The position numbers and the translations under genes are program-made. From Eledone cirrhosa (taxonomy: Eukaryota), in assembly GCA_964016885.1 (NCBI GenBank), contig OZ024741.1:41106001-41170000 (forward strand): a DNA stretch of 64,000 nt, read 5' to 3'. Below are positions 28,401-43,222 of this stretch, in pieces (the first letter of the stretch is position 1; every line of letters begins with the position of its first letter). Under the pieces are notes generated by a model. It did no database searches and was not told the DNA's origin. It saw only the letters and a list, made by a program, of their open reading frames with translations.

Positions 28401-31400
28401 TTTAGTTTAATAGCCTCGTTTACTCTTGTAAAATGTAATGTATAGAACTATACAAAATATTGTTTCAAATATTGCTTTTTATATAACATCTGTTTATCCA
28501 TGAATGCTTAACAACTGATAGAGTCATTGGGGCAATGACATTGCATATTTCATGTCTTGGGCATTTAACCCTTTAGCATTTACATTACTCGGTATTTACT
28601 ATTGTATTTTCACGGTAATTACTTCATCTCACATAATTATCCTCCATAATATTGAAGCTATCAGATTTTGATAGCATTTATTTTGAGAACAATACCAAAC
28701 AGTCGTTTTGAAGATAATTCTGGCTGGATACGGTCAGTTTAAATGTTAGAGGGTTAAGCCAGCTAAGAGAAAGTGAAAGTGAGAAAGTCATATATCAGAA
28801 GAATCAATGCTAGTACTGGACTGATACTTTATTTATCGACCTCAATAGGCAAAGCTGAGCTTGACAAGATTTGAAATGGGAGAGCGGAGTTAGAATGAAT
28901 ACAGCAAAGTATTCTATCCAACATTCAAACAATTCTTCCAACTCATTATCTTTTTATATAAAATTGTAGATGAAGACTGGATAATTTAGAATAAAATATA
29001 CAAATTTTACTTAATAATATATTTATCAATACTTTTGCTTCATTTCAAACACTAAATTAAAATTTCAATACAAGCCAAAGAAAAGATAAAATTTAGTGAT
29101 TTTTTTATATTATAAAAAGATAAGTTAAATTGTTCTTATTCACAAACTGTTTTCTATTAATTCTTTTGTTTTACATTGTTTCCTTTCAATATCGTTTAGA
29201 GATAATAATTCTATCTTTTAGACATAACAAATATACACTAATCTTTTAGAATTTTGTAGAATCAAATTAGGTTGGAACTATAAAATGTTAAATACAAACT
29301 ACACACTCCCAATCAATTCTCAATGTTGATTGAAATTTTGTTGTAGTTGGTACTTGAACATAAGCAGCTTATATATTTCATTGTTTAACCATTTCATTAT
29401 TATATTCCTAGTGAAAAACACTGCCTATGATTTTCAAACCATTTTGAAAAAAAAAATATGGAAGGATTTAGTAATATAACTATTTCATTAAATTGTTTGG
29501 AGTGTAGCTAAACAAGGGTCCTTACATAATTTATGGTAGAAGGTTTCTGGGTATATATAAACATTTAAAAATAAACAATTTTATATAAAATCAGGGGCAG
29601 TTCCAAGCAGTTTGCTTTTGAAGATCTAAACCAGTAAGCTTTGACCTTCCAGGAAGTCAATGGGTGTCTCTTGCTTGGATCTGAATGGCACATGCTGGGA
29701 CAGTCTGTCATCTCAATTGATGGGAAAAAATGAAAGACAGCTCAGCATGTGACAGTGAGGACCCTGACCAGACATTACTGCATGTTGTCCAGGATTGCTC
29801 CTACAGACGTTATCCGGGCGGATTTGAGGCAATCCATAATGCTGCAAAAGACACTTTGATCTGGCTCACCGATCTTGACCTGTCCCTCTAACTATTGTGC
29901 ATATATCATATGACAATAAGATTGAAGATGTTAGAAAGCAAGACTATAACAAAACTTGTGTTCAATTTCTGTTTTGATTCTGTGTATCAGTGTTCCCCAG
30001 TCTGGATTCTGTGTACTTTCTGTGTACTTTCATGAAATTTAATAATTTAAACTTTCTGACATAAAATTATCATAGAGGGCTTCTTTTGATGAATGTAAAT
30101 GTTTTGAAAGAAATAGTTTTCTATCCTAGAATAATGAGCAATTTCAGACAGTTTAGTATCAAAGGAGTTAATATATATTTAAAGATAATAATTTTATCTT
30201 TTAGAGTTAAAAAATATACACTAATCCTTTAGAATTTTATAGAATCAAATTAGGTCAGAACTAGAAAATTTTAAAATGAAACAACAAGCTCTTAATCAAA
30301 TCTAAGTCTTGAAGTTCACAGAATTTTTGTAGTAAGTGGTACTTGAAAGTAAATATATGAGAAAGTAAATTTTATATATTTCAATGTTTAAAAAACTGGG
30401 ACAATAATGGTTTCTGATTTAGACACAAGGCCAACAATTTGAGGGAGGTGAAAGTCGATTAAATGGACCTCAGTATATTACTGGTAATTTATTTTGTTGA
30501 CTCCGTAAGGATGAAAAGTAAAGCTAACTACAGCGAGATTTGAACTCAGAATGTAAAGGAATGTAACTATATGTTGCAAAGCATGTTGGTTCAACACTCT
30601 ACTCATACTGTCAATCTATTGCCCTGGGGCAATAGTAAAACTCGTACTTTCTTTTTATTCTCATATATGTAACATACATCCTGTGTATCAGTGCTCAGAG
30701 AAGCCCTAGGGTTCCATTTGATAAAGAGCCTATAAAATAGAATTTTATAAAAATTTATGGAATATTTCTTTTAATATTTAGATATTCTCTCTCAAAGAAT
30801 CAATGGAACTACCTGCTTTTGAAATTAACGTGTAAGTGACTGAAAATTCCACAAACATGTGTACCCTTGATATAAACCTCAGTGAGATCCAGCATGACAC
30901 AATGGGGAACAAAGCTGGCCCTTTGAATTATAGGCACTGACCATCTGACAGGCTTCCACAGAGTTTCCATCTACCCAATTTCCCTTATATGATCTGAGGC
31001 TATGGTAAATGACATTTGTTTAAGATAGCAGGCAGTGGGATTGAACTCGGGATATAATGATTTCATACTGAACTTGTAAACCATTCAACTATGCTGTGTC
31101 TGTTGTATATTCTCAGTTGATATAATTAGCCTAAAAGAAAAAAAATCCTCTTCTTTACTCTCTTCTCTGGTATAATGTCTAACTTCTCTGATATGTGCTT
31201 CCAGTGCTAGCAACAATGATGGAAACACATTTATCTCTAAGATTTCTAACAACTATAAATGTATTATCTAGTCATATGAAATAATAATTAACAGATAAAT
31301 ATACCTCTTGATTACAGGAATCCTTTATCTAAAATGCTTGGAGCCAGATGAATTTTGGCTTTCAGAATTAGTGACTATCTGTATATACTTTGGTACTCAT

Positions 31401-32199
31401 GTCTAAATGGGTTATTTATTTAAATTTCATATTACAGCTAATACATACTGTTAAGCCAGTTTTATATAAATTTGGTGCTCTTCCAGTTTCGCAGCTAATA
31501 TAACAGGTTTGCTTCATACCAAAACAAATCTGCTTATTTCACATTTGCCCCAGCTTGTCAACCATGTCAGCACTAGAAAAACCTGTGAATTTTAGAATTT
31601 GGAATAAACGATTCTTAATCTGTATAAAGTTTACTAGAAATAATTCCTTGTCTTATCATAACACCAAAAATATTTATGGTACTTCCAAAATATCAAGAAA
31701 ATTAGTAAAAAAAAAATGAAAAATAAGAAGAAAAAATAAAAGCAAGAGATATCAAGAATGGAAAATAGAAAGATTTTTCAAGAAATAAAATAAAGAATTA
31801 ACAGAATAAAATGCAAAGATTTTGATTTTGAAGATAAATAGGAAGAAAAGAAGAATTAATTTAGAGGTCAGAGAAGTTATAGAAGAAAAAAAAATATTTC
31901 AGAAGAAAAAAAAAGAAAAGGATTTGAAAGACAAACTATTTGGAAGATATAGAAAAAACAAAATATGAAATCCTGCTTAATGATATAGTTTGATATATAT
32001 GTGAAAGAGATATAGTAAGTATAATGTAACTTATTATATTTCAGACAAACAAAATCAACCATTTTTCATACTGAAAAATTTATAAATGACTAACTCTCAA
32101 TCTCTCAAACATTGAAATAAAAGAAATATTTCTCTTTTTATTTCACCTTTCTTTATCCCCACACATTTGCATGCATGCACACACACACACACAAATGAT

Positions 32200-32820
32200 T
32201 ATGTGCATTTGAATAAGTGAATAAATGGGCAGAACCATTATAACACCGAACAAACTGCCTTGCAGCATTTTCTCTAACTTATTACATTCTGAGTTCAAAT
32301 ATCTCTCGTTTTTCTGGGGTTGATAAAAGAATGCAACAGTCAATTACTGGGTTAATATAATCAACTGTTCCTCTAAATTGCTAGTCTTGTCCCTAATTCA
32401 GAAACTGTTATCATTATTATTTGTAGTAGTGGATTGGCAGTGTCGGTAGAGCGTCGGACGCCATCTTTTGTGGTATAAAGTTATGGCCCTTTACGTTCTA
32501 AGTTCAAATCCTGCTGAGGTTAGCTTTGCCTTTCGTCTCTGCAGAGTTGATAAAATAAAGTACCAGTTATGCACTGGAGTCGATTTAATTGACTTTCCCC
32601 TCCCCTAAAATTGCTGACTTTGTACCCAAACCAGAAACCATGGTAGTATCGGTAGAGGGTCAGACGCCATGCTTTCCAGCATAGTTATGTCCCTTTACGG
32701 TCTGAGTTCAAATCCCGTCGAGGTTAACTTTGCCTTTCATCCTTACCGGGTCGATAAAATAAAGTACCAGTAATGCACTGGGTAATTGCTGGCCTTGTGC
32801 CAAATGTAGAAACAATTATT
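32200..32820 (+). mobile_element. Three tandem copies of the tRNA-derived SINE
   Basis: Repeated A-box / GTTCAAAT B-box / GATAAAATAAAGTACCAG units starting near 32225, 32435 and 32641. Confidence 0.8.
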
Positions 32821-32827
32821 ATGATCA

Positions 32828-33085
32828 GTAGTAGTAGTAATAGTAGCAGCAACAGTAGTAGTAGTAGTACTAGCAGTAGCAGTAATAGTAGCAGCAACAG
32901 CAGTAGTAGTAGTAGTAGTAATAGCAGTAGTAGTAGTAATAGCAGTAGTAGTAATAGTAGCAGCAATAGCAGTTGTAGTAGCAACAGCAGTAGCAGTAAT
33001 AGTAGCACCAACAGCAGCAGCAGCAGTAGTAGTAGTAGCAGCAGCAGCAGCAGTAACAACAACAGTAGTAGTAGTAACAATAATA
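32828..33085. repeat. (AGT/AGC)n tract following a SINE tail
   Basis: Direct reading. It explains the poly-Ser/Leu/Thr ORFs. Confidence 0.92.
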
Positions 33086-33478
33086 TCTACAAGAACATTA
33101 CAGATCTTGAAGACAAACAACAAATCAATACTAATGGAAAAACAAGAATTAAACCAAAATATATTTACAATTACATCTTTTATTTCCAATAATTCTTATT
33201 TTCTTTCTTCATATCCCACTGTCTTTTATTTTCAAAAACTAAACCTCTGATTATTTCACCAATTCAACAACAACATAGCTTAAATCTTTCTTTAGTCTTA
33301 GCATTTTAGTATTATTTTTTTAATCTTAACTATAAGACAAATTTAAATTATAATGGACGAAAATTACTGCTTTATTATCTGAAATGATCAAAGCCAAACT
33401 TTTTCTCTCTTTTGTTAGTAATTCAATTTAGTCAGTCACACATATACACTCATAAATATTTACATGTGTATATGTGTG

Positions 33479-33685
33479 TACAAGGGTCGGATGAAAAGTT
33501 CAAGTTCGTAGGCTGACTATGAAGGAGTGATGCTAGAGCTGTGAAATTTTGCATGCATTAATTTCAACTCTTCTTCTTAATAACGGCATTGTTTCTTTTC
33601 AGGGACTACGTTGGAAAATAAACCTCATTTGGTCATTCCATGAGAGTATCTTGGTCAGTCTATGAATTTTTCAGTTGACCCTAAT
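33479..33685. mobile_element. Tc1/mariner-type MITE
   Basis: TA-CAAGGGTCGGATGAAAAGTTC...GAATTTTTCAGTTGACCC terminal inverted repeats. Confidence 0.7.
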
Positions 33686-33980
33686 ACATCATGTGTAGGT
33701 GGATGCCAGCAGTGGTTGCAGCTCTCTCAACTTTTCCCCCTCCAATCTTATTCTGGCTACTGCTTTCAAAGTACGCTCCTCCACTGCTAATTTAGTCACA
33801 AAGATAACAGAAACTAACAACTACTGCTATTGAGCCTTTAATGGATTGGAAATGGTTTATTTTATTGGTGCTCTTACAACTAACTATCCCTGTGTATGTT
33901 GAATGTATATGTGGATGTGTGTGTCAGCTTTTGTGTACTACACACACTCTCTCATACACATTTACCAATTCACCATTAAC

Positions 33981-34208
33981 TTAACCCTTTAGCATCTAAA
34001 CCAGCCATATCCGGCTAGAATTCTCTCACCTCTTTCTGTTCAAACCGGCCGTAACTGGCTACTCATATTAATGTTACGGTATTGTTCTCAAAATAAATAA
34101 TATCAACATCTCATTGATTCCATATTATGTGAGATATTATGTAATATAAAGTCTTTACTGTGAAAATACAATAGTATATATAGAGTAATGTAAATGCTAA
34201 AGGGTTAA
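33981..34208 (+). mobile_element. piggyBac-type MITE, family A (other copies about 568-790, 27638-27858, 28565-28757 minus, 41045-41280 partial)
   Basis: TTAA-CCCTTTAGCAT...ATGCTAAAGGG-TTAA termini and a conserved ~220-bp interior. Confidence 0.85.
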
Positions 34209-34439
34209 TGGCAAAATATGATAGTAATAAGGTTTAAGAAACTAAGAACAAACTCCACGACTAAAGTAGCTGCCAAAGCAAGTTTTTATTTTTGTCCATC
34301 CATATATAAATATGTATGAGAGGTTATCAGGAGGTCCCATATTTAAACTAACTGCATGATATCTTGGGCAAGTAACTATGTGAGGGTAACATTATGGAGA
34401 TGGAAGCTGTGTGCAACCCTATCAGATAGTTCATATCTG

Positions 34440-34679
34440 TTAACCTTTTAGCTATCCATCTGGCGAAATCCGACTCTGGTCCTATGAAATATAACGACCC
34501 ATTTTAAAGGTTTCCAATTTAGATTAAAATATTCCAGCATAATTTTAATCAAGAACCTTACATAAAGATCCTATATTAGTAATGAAATAATTAATAATTT
34601 TTCTAAATTCCTCACAAATCTTCATTAATTAATTAAAGTAGAGTGCATTTCATTAGAAATGTGGCTATGAAAGGGTTAA
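34440..34679 (+). mobile_element. piggyBac-type MITE, family B (related pieces near 20104, 20500, 29385, 40362, 45960, 52270, 54012)
   Basis: TTAACCTTTT...AAAGGGTTAA termini. Copies share an internal GGTTCTATGATACAAAACTG-like segment. Confidence 0.65.
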
Positions 34680-34889
34680 ATCAACTGTCCAGCCTTGTCA
34701 CACATGTTATGCTGAATCAGCTTATGAATTATGTTAAGGGTATGTGTCTGTGGAATACTCAACCACTTATATTATAGCACAAACTGGATTATATCTGTAA
34801 TTCAAAGGTCCAGCCTTGTCATGTATTATGTCATACTGATTTAGCCTAAAAAGTATGTCAATGATAGATAACCATAGAATACTCAACCT

Positions 34890-35480
34890 CTCCTTCTTCT
34901 TCTTCTTCTTCTTCTTCTTCTTCTTCACCCACTTATTTCTGATACTCAAATACTCCTTCCAGCAGGTCCTGTCAGAAGCAAGACCAACCAAGCTCATGGA
35001 TGTTATCTAACCATCTAGCTCAGAGTCAACTCCTGGGTCTTCTGCAAGTTAGTTTTGCCTATAAAATCTGTCCAGCATTTCTTTCCTAAAACATTCTAAC
35101 CCCATGCCCATATTATTGGAGCTGTGATCTGTCAATTCAGAGAAGTGCAGCTCTACCAGGAGTGACACTCTGATCTCCAAGCTATGCACTCTGTTGAGTA
35201 ACGTTACTCCAAAGAATCTTCAGAGAAACCCCATTTCGGCTGCTTGTATTCGTGATTATGTTCTTTTGGTCATTACCCAAGATTCATGACCATAGGTAAG
35301 GGTTGGCACAAATACAGTATTGAAGATAACGAGTTTGGCTTTTACACCTACCTCCCTTCAGACTACTGAATGTTGAAGTTGGCGCATCACTGCACCAGCT
35401 CCTGCAATTCTTGCACTTAATTCAGCCTCCTGCCTTCCATCTTTCATGAACATGACCTTGACATATTTGAATTTCTCTAC
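34890..35480 (-). mobile_element. Rex3/Expander-like RTE 3' fragment with (GAA)n tail
   Basis: The minus strand reads VFVPTLTYGHESWVMTKRT*SRIQAAEMGFL. A (CTT)n tract lies at 34893-34926. Confidence 0.75.
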
Positions 35481-37822
35481 CTGCTTATATTTTAATTCAC
35501 GATTTATATATTTAGTTGATCATTGAAATAGATGAAGGATCCATCCTATATATAAATATATACTAGCTATTTAATGGAGTAAAATCAGTTACTAATATAC
35601 CCCTTTCTTTCCACTATAATTCTGACCTTATGCCCATGTGATTAATCAATACTTTAACCCTGATCATTAATTGAACTCATAGTTACAATTCTATAAAAAG
35701 GATTATTACTGTGAAAGCAATGGCATCTGTCCACAATGCCTTTGTCTCTAAAGTCAAACTAGAGTGATTAATGTATTTATTTCCATTCTTAATAGAGTAA
35801 TTCTAGAATATTCAATAAACTATTTAAACATACAAGAAAGCTTAAAATAAATGAAGAAATAACACGTATTTGTTAAAATTTTGTCGATTTAGTTCTTTTT
35901 TGCTCAGTAGTATATTAAATCAATAAGACTGTACTATTTTTAACCGTAATCTTAAAATTAATCTCTACTTTAATGACATCAAGGAATTTTCAGTTTATTT
36001 ATTGCTGAATAATAAATTTGTGGAAACACAGTGCGTGAAGGAATTAATGATTTAGTTTAGGTTAAAAGAAAAAGGAAACAAATAAACAAACCAATCTCTT
36101 GATTGTCATGTTATCATCAAGAAACTATTTTACGAAATAATGAATGAGTTGTTGAGTATATTTTAGAGGTACTTCTTCCAAACTATCAATATCTAACATT
36201 CTTTGCTATTTATTACAGCTATCACTCACAATTGTGTACAAAATGTCAGCAGCACATCTGAGGAAGGAGCCCTACATGGTGGTGTGGCTGTACAGTGGGT
36301 GTCACTGGCCATTGTCTGTGGGAATGCTTCTGTGGTCTTGTCTATGGGGCGCAGCCCCTATACCACCATGCTCTAGGCCCAGAGCCTAATCATCCCCCTC
36401 TTACCTCTACCAATTCTTCTGTGACACTAAAGTTCTTGCCATTCCCTCCCCTTCCCGTTTTTTTCTTTCTTTTCCTCTCTTTTCTTTATATTTTCCTATT
36501 TTACTTTCCATTCTTCTCAATCTAAATTTTCTTTTTTTCCCTATTAAACTGTATTTACATAATATATTCCATGATAAATAATCCACAACTTTGCAGTATC
36601 TACCATATTTTTACTAAGGGGATTTAGGTGTCAATGTAGTCACACATAGGTACAGACACTCTCATCACCCTCCCTACCTTCATCTAATGGAACATTCAGA
36701 GTGTGACATCTGGAAAGAGAGAGGCCTGCTAATGTCTTTAGCACTCCTGAAAGGATAAAAGGCAAAGTGGACCTTGCCGAGATTTGAACTCACAACACAG
36801 AGAACTGGAACACATATCCAATGTCTTAACACATCTGCTGGTGGAGGGACAGACAGGCCAGTTGATATGGGTCTATGATACAGAGGTAGGGGCCTACTCA
36901 CCTCAAGTTCTAATTCTTTTATTCTGTTCTCTTACTAGTAAATATTGCCATCATCATTTAATGTCCACTTTCCTTGCTAGCATGGGTTGGATGGGTCTAC
37001 ATAGACAAAGTCAGTACTGAAGAAGAGCCATTGACGTCCCAGACAGGCCAAGATTGAATGAAATTACATGGACTGCCATTGTGAGTGAAATTGGGGAATG
37101 ATAATTGTTTGGAAGCCTACTGAATGGACTGAATCTGTAAATCAAAGGACCAGCCCTATCACACAACATGTCATGCCGAATCTCCCTGAGAATTATGCTA
37201 GAGACAAGGGATGACTGTTGATTACTCAGCTATTTGTACCTTAATTTCATGAGAAAACTGTTCTTTTGATCAAACAAATGGAACACACTATTTTCCAAAT
37301 CAATGGACGTCCATTCTATTTTAGTTGCTAACATAAGTGAAATGAGGCTTGTAGGTTAGTAGTTAGTGCAGATTGAAGCATTACTTTACATGACAGTCGA
37401 ACACACGGTTTTAGGTAGATTTACTAAGCTTGTGTGAATATAACAAAGAAATAAAAAGAAACCGTGTTGCTGTGGGCTTGGTGGTTGCAGTAGTCATAGT
37501 GGTAATGATGACAATGATGATGATGTATCGTGTAATGATGATGATGATGGATGATTTGAAGCTGATGATGACAATGATGATGTTGATTTGAGAATGAAAA
37601 TTCAATATAATGAAGCTTTTAGTTGTATTTTACCTTTCATTTTTTGCTTGTTATCTGATTTGATTTTCTTGTTGAAGGATTGCTATTTATGACTGTATGG
37701 TGTGTATGTGTGTGAGTATGTATAAATATATATATATATATACATACACCTATATATATATATACACATACACACACATATATATATATATATACAAGTG
37801 TCATAAGTATGGTATGAGTGTG

Positions 37823-37857
<35 letters not shown>

Positions 37858-38523
37858 GTTTAAACAACAAGATGAAAAAATAATAATGGAAAAGGAAAAA
37901 AATTGTAAATAAAATTAAATGATAGATTTTTAAGTTAGCATTAAGCTTAAGCATGAACATTGCTGTAATTTTTTTTTCTGCCATGTCTTATGCATGGAGA
38001 TTTTTCTACTTAGCCAAATTGCTTTGCCCAAAATGTTTTCTTGCTCATTACAATTAGTTCAGCAGTTTTAAATTCTTCTTATCGTCAGCAATCAGACCAA
38101 AACTGCTGGCACTTTTCATTCTTCTATTTTTACATCTTCAATATATTTTCTCACAATTCTTAATTTTATTTTCTTACTTAGACCAAGCAAAAAGAAGTAA
38201 AAATTTAAGATTTTTAACAAATGTTGAAATTAAATGAATGAATAAATATATAAATAAATAAGTAAAAGTAAAGTAAATGAATAAGGAAATTATTTTCTCA
38301 ATTTTGTTTGAAAATTGTATAAATTATATACTTTGTTGTTTTTTTCTTCAGTAAACTCTCTCTATATATATACATATATACTTATATATACATATATATC
38401 TACATATACACACATACACACATATATATATCTACATATATACACACACATATATATATATACATACATATATACATATATATCTACATATATACACACA
38501 CACATATATATCTACATATATAT

Positions 38524-38556
<33 letters not shown>

Positions 38557-40493
38557 CATATATATATAATAACATATACATACATATACATATATATATA
38601 TATATATTATTTATATTTCCTTCCACTAATCAGTAAATGCAATTCGATTTAATACATGATATAAAAACAATAATTTGTTCCGAAATTAAAATGTCTTGCA
38701 CAAAATGTCTTCTAAACAAGATGGTGGTTGTGGATGGTATGGGATGGAATGTAAAAGTATTAGAGATATATGTAAGTCTCTCTGCCATTAAAGTATTATT
38801 AACTTCAATCTAGTGCTGCTATAAGCTCTATTTCTGTTTAAAATCTCTCTCCCTCTCTTCCTCTCAATCTCTCTTTTTTTCTTTGCTTTTGTAGTTTTTG
38901 TTTGTTTTCTTTTGGACTTTTATTCTCTTTTAATTTGTAGAGTTTGTAATTCAATTTCCTTTACAAGATTTGATTACTTAAAACTAAAAGTAATTTTCTA
39001 TTTATATTGAGATGAGAGAGAGAGAATGAGATAGAAAGAGTTATTAGAGAGAGAGAGAGAAAGATAAAGAGAGGGAGAGAAAGAGAGATAGAGATAAAGA
39101 GAGAGAAAAAAGATAGATAGAGAGAGAGAGACAGTAAAAGATTTAGAGAAATTGGACCAAAATGGCAGACTAAATGAAAATTATCAGTGGCACATCAACA
39201 GAGAAATAATTTATGTAATACTGCTGCTGTAGCAAGAATGAAAACTTTCTTGTTATATACACAGTTATCTTTTTCATAATAGTATTTCAAGATACAGACA
39301 CAGGCTTGACTGTGTGTTTAAAGAGTTCACTTCACAACCATATCACTGAAATTTGATGTTGGATGGATGGAAGGATGGATATATGTATGTATATGGAACA
39401 TTAAGACATCTCTCTAGGAGAAGGTCATTCTGATATAAAACATGTGACTTTGTTTGCATTCAATGATGTAGACCTATTCTTCTTTTTCAGCAAATGCATT
39501 CAATATTCAAAGAGTGGTAATGGTCCAGTACAAAGCCTTTCCTCACTTAAAAAAGCTTCAAGCACAGGCATCGCTTGATATGTGACATTTTTTGTGATGC
39601 ATGGTATTGCTGGCCACAGGCAAGTCCCTAGCAGGACTAAAAAGCCATGTCCTTGATGTATCAAGCTATGTCATTATTTGAAATCGCGTTGCAGCCATCA
39701 TCATCATGTATGTATGTATGTATGAATGTGTGTGTGTGTGTATGTGTGTGTATGTGTGTATGTGTGTGCAAGCATGTCATTTCAGCATATACTCCTACCC
39801 TGCGTAGTAGCAAGGAATCAGTCATGTATATGTGTAAGTGTATATTTGTGTGCATGAGTCTGTGTTTGTTAATTTCCCAGAATTTAGCAGTTCAACAAAA
39901 AGTGATTGATAAACTAAGTACCAGACTTGAAAGAAAGAAAAAGTACTGAAGCTGATACTATCTACCGAATTCCAGCATGGCCAGAATCTACTGGCTGAAA
40001 AGAATAAAAGAATATTTGGAAAACAAAATTGTCAAGACCCTAATCCTTACATGATCATGTATGTCTTTTAGTATCACCTTTCCCTTCCATTCCATTAAGG
40101 GATAGACACAAGTGAGCTATCTGAATCCTTTCTTTCCCATCAAGGCTTTGAGGCCCTCAATAAATATTAGTTAATTACTAAAGTTTTTGTAACTAACTTT
40201 TGTTTTATTGTTTAGTCAACAGTGCTGATGAACCTTTTCAGGGCCTCTGAAACTTGAGAGAGGGAAGGAAAATGATGTCCTTGAACTGGAGATCTGGTTT
40301 GAATGCTTGCAACATAGTAAATTATGCTAAAGACATTCACGGGCCAGTTGGTGGTGTGTGTGAAACCACCTCTGGTTCTATGATACAAAACTGTTTGTTT
40401 TAAAGGATTTATATTTATCTAAAATCTCCCTTTCCATCATAATTTTATGGAGGAACATTTGTTAAGTTATGTTCCAAAAACCAATTTCATAAT

Positions 40494-40788
40494 AAATAAT
40501 GTACGAAGCCAAATTTTCAGCTCTTGAAGCGCTGATAATATATAAGTATAAAGAAAATGCTCAAGCACAGAAATGCTATAAAGATAGCTTACAAATTAGG
40601 GTGAACACCCTTAAAAGGCAGAAAAAGAAGTTGCTATCGGCCGCTAGAAGGAAATGAACCTTATATCTTCCAGATAGCAGACAATGGCAACATCTTTTTC
40701 CGTCTTTTAAGGGTCTTCACCCTATTTTATAAGCAATCTTTATAGGATTTCTGCACTTGAGCACTTTCTTTATACTTACATGTATAAC
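40494..40788. mobile_element. Foldback insertion with ~100-bp degenerate arms and a 10-bp target duplication
   Basis: Arms at about 40539-40637 and 40684-40785. ATTTCATAAT occurs at 40484-40493 and 40789-40798. Confidence 0.75.
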
Positions 40789-42599
40789 ATTTCATAATGT
40801 AAAAGTTGGTTATATGACTAAATTCTTCCAAATTCTTGATTAGTTTCAAAATTATTTGAAAGTCGAAGACAGTGTCTTCTTTCATCAGAAACATGATAAT
40901 AAGAATTAAAGTATTTGCAATTAGTCAAGGAATTTTCAAGTTAGGTGATAATATTGTATCCTAGGTATTAAACTTTACAATCTCTATATGTCATAATACT
41001 AGACAATATATCACATGATTCAAGATTACCTCATGATTCAAAATTACCCTACTTTAGCATTTAAACCAGCCATATCTGGCCAGAATCTCTCACCTCTTTC
41101 TGTTCAAACTGGTCATAACTGGCCAATCATACCAACGTTAAGGTATTTTTCTCAAAATAAATAATATCAAAATCTCATAGATTTGATATTATGTGAGATA
41201 ATTATGTGAGATAATTATGTGAGATAATTATGTGAGATAAAGCTTTTATCATGAAAACATAATAGTAAATATAGAATAATTGGAAGAGTTGTTAGAACAT
41301 CAAATTTAATGCTTTATGATGTTAGTTCTGGTTCTCTATGACTTGGAATGTATGAAGATCTGTTTTTCTGATCTGTCTAGCCTCAGATCATGACAACTAG
41401 TTCAACCGATGCTGGCAGGGAAAGAAGTAAAACTATGATGGTAGTAATAGTGATTGTATAATGTTAATAGTCATGTATGACAAAGCAAAGGTTAGATGAG
41501 AGAATAACTGGATATAAGAAGAATTAAATGTAGTGTGGAGGAAGGTGGATTGTACTGGTACTTACATATTACATAATACATATGGATGATTAGGTGTAGA
41601 AGTGCCAGGAGTTCTGGTGTAGAAGTGCCAGGAGTTCTAAGTGGAAGGAAAATGTGGTTGGTCAAGGTTGATCATGGAAAACTTGAGCAGAGATTGTGAA
41701 TGTTGATCTAAGGATGTTGAACCCACAAAGGTGATGTGAAAGAAGATATGACGGGGTAGGGAGAGCTGAAGAAGACCTATAAGTCATATACAACCGATGC
41801 TAGCATGGAAAGTTGGATACAAAAACGATGATGACAACAAACATTTATTAGTTTACAGTGTGGCATCATAGAGTTTGTCTTTCAGTCTGTTAACTATATA
41901 AATAATCATATTAACCCTCTCAGACCTAGTACCCTGTATCCACCTTTACCCTCCACCTATGCTTCTGAGCAAAAACAATAAATAGTTGCATATGCAGCTC
42001 AAGAGTAATGAATGCAAACTAACGGACATAATCAACACAAGGCACAATAAATGTGTCTACCTACCCTTCATCTAGATTTACATAATCTCCACCACCCTAT
42101 CAGTATCAGCAGTGTGAGGGCCACACCAAATTTGTTCAGCTGAATCGCTACTTTCCTCACCACTTTTACATGTTTTATTCACCAAATCACTCTCGTTGTC
42201 AGTGTAAGGGTAAATTATTCTAACTAGGGATTACAATCCCACCAATGGCCAGGTCTAATCATTCAACTATGGGACCACAATTGATTATTATAGCTGCAGT
42301 GTGTGTAGGAGGGCAGGAGCCTTGTGAAACCAAATATATATTTCATATTCAGCAATGGGTCCTTTTTAAGGCAATGTTTTACAGTCAGATGACATTTTAG
42401 TTGCTTCTAACGCACCTATTTTAAACTGGATACACAAGCAGAATAAATAAAGAATTTAAAACAGAAATCGCAATAAAATCTTTCCAAGAATCTTTTATAT
42501 AAGCACAATATTTTGACTACCAGTGGTAAAAATCATGTATTTTGCCAATATTGCAAAATATCTGACTATCCAATTAGACACGCTACTGAATTGTCCATG

Positions 42600-42890
42600 T
42601 CAATAAGATTTGCTTAAGTTGCTATCTCTATCTCTGCAAAATAACAATCATTCCAAGATTCTTGACTCTAGATCACTGTGAAATCCTTATTCATGCTTTG
42701 ATTACTTCCAAACTAGATATGTATAATTCTTTGTTGGTATCACTAGGTCAACCATCAATAAATAGTGTGTTGTATATTCAATATGTGCAGTTGCAGTCAG
42801 GAGCTTGGATAAGGGTTGCCATGCAAGACTTCACTGGTTTTGTATAGTATTGATTAGAATATCATTCAAAATTATATTAATAATATATAA
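42600..42890 (+). mobile_element. L2/CR1-group LINE fragment
   Basis: ICLSCYLYL...EILIHALITSKLDMYNSLL, matching the L2-type LIHALITSRLDYCNSLL motif. Confidence 0.7.
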
Positions 42891-43222
42891 ATATAAATGC
42901 AGGCTTAGATGTGTGCTTAAGGAGTTTACTTTGTAACCATGTGGTGTGGTTTGGAGTTTATTCCTTGTCAAGGGAATTTGGTAGAAGGAACCTGCAGAAG
43001 TCAGTCACACACACACATATCAGTCGATCGACAAGATCCCAGACCTCATTCGCTTAACAAGCGGGATCTACCAGTCGCAAATCCAGACAGATCAAGAAAT
43101 GTGGAATAAAGTGTGTTGCTCAAGGACATACAAATTGCCTGGTCTGGGAATCGAATTCACAACCTCACGATTGCAAATCCATTTCTCTAACCACGCAGCC
43201 ATCTTCACAATATACATATATT

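Noticed and set aside
32435-32520. tRNA gene
   Set aside because: A/B-box motifs are part of a multi-copy SINE head, and no cloverleaf is evident.
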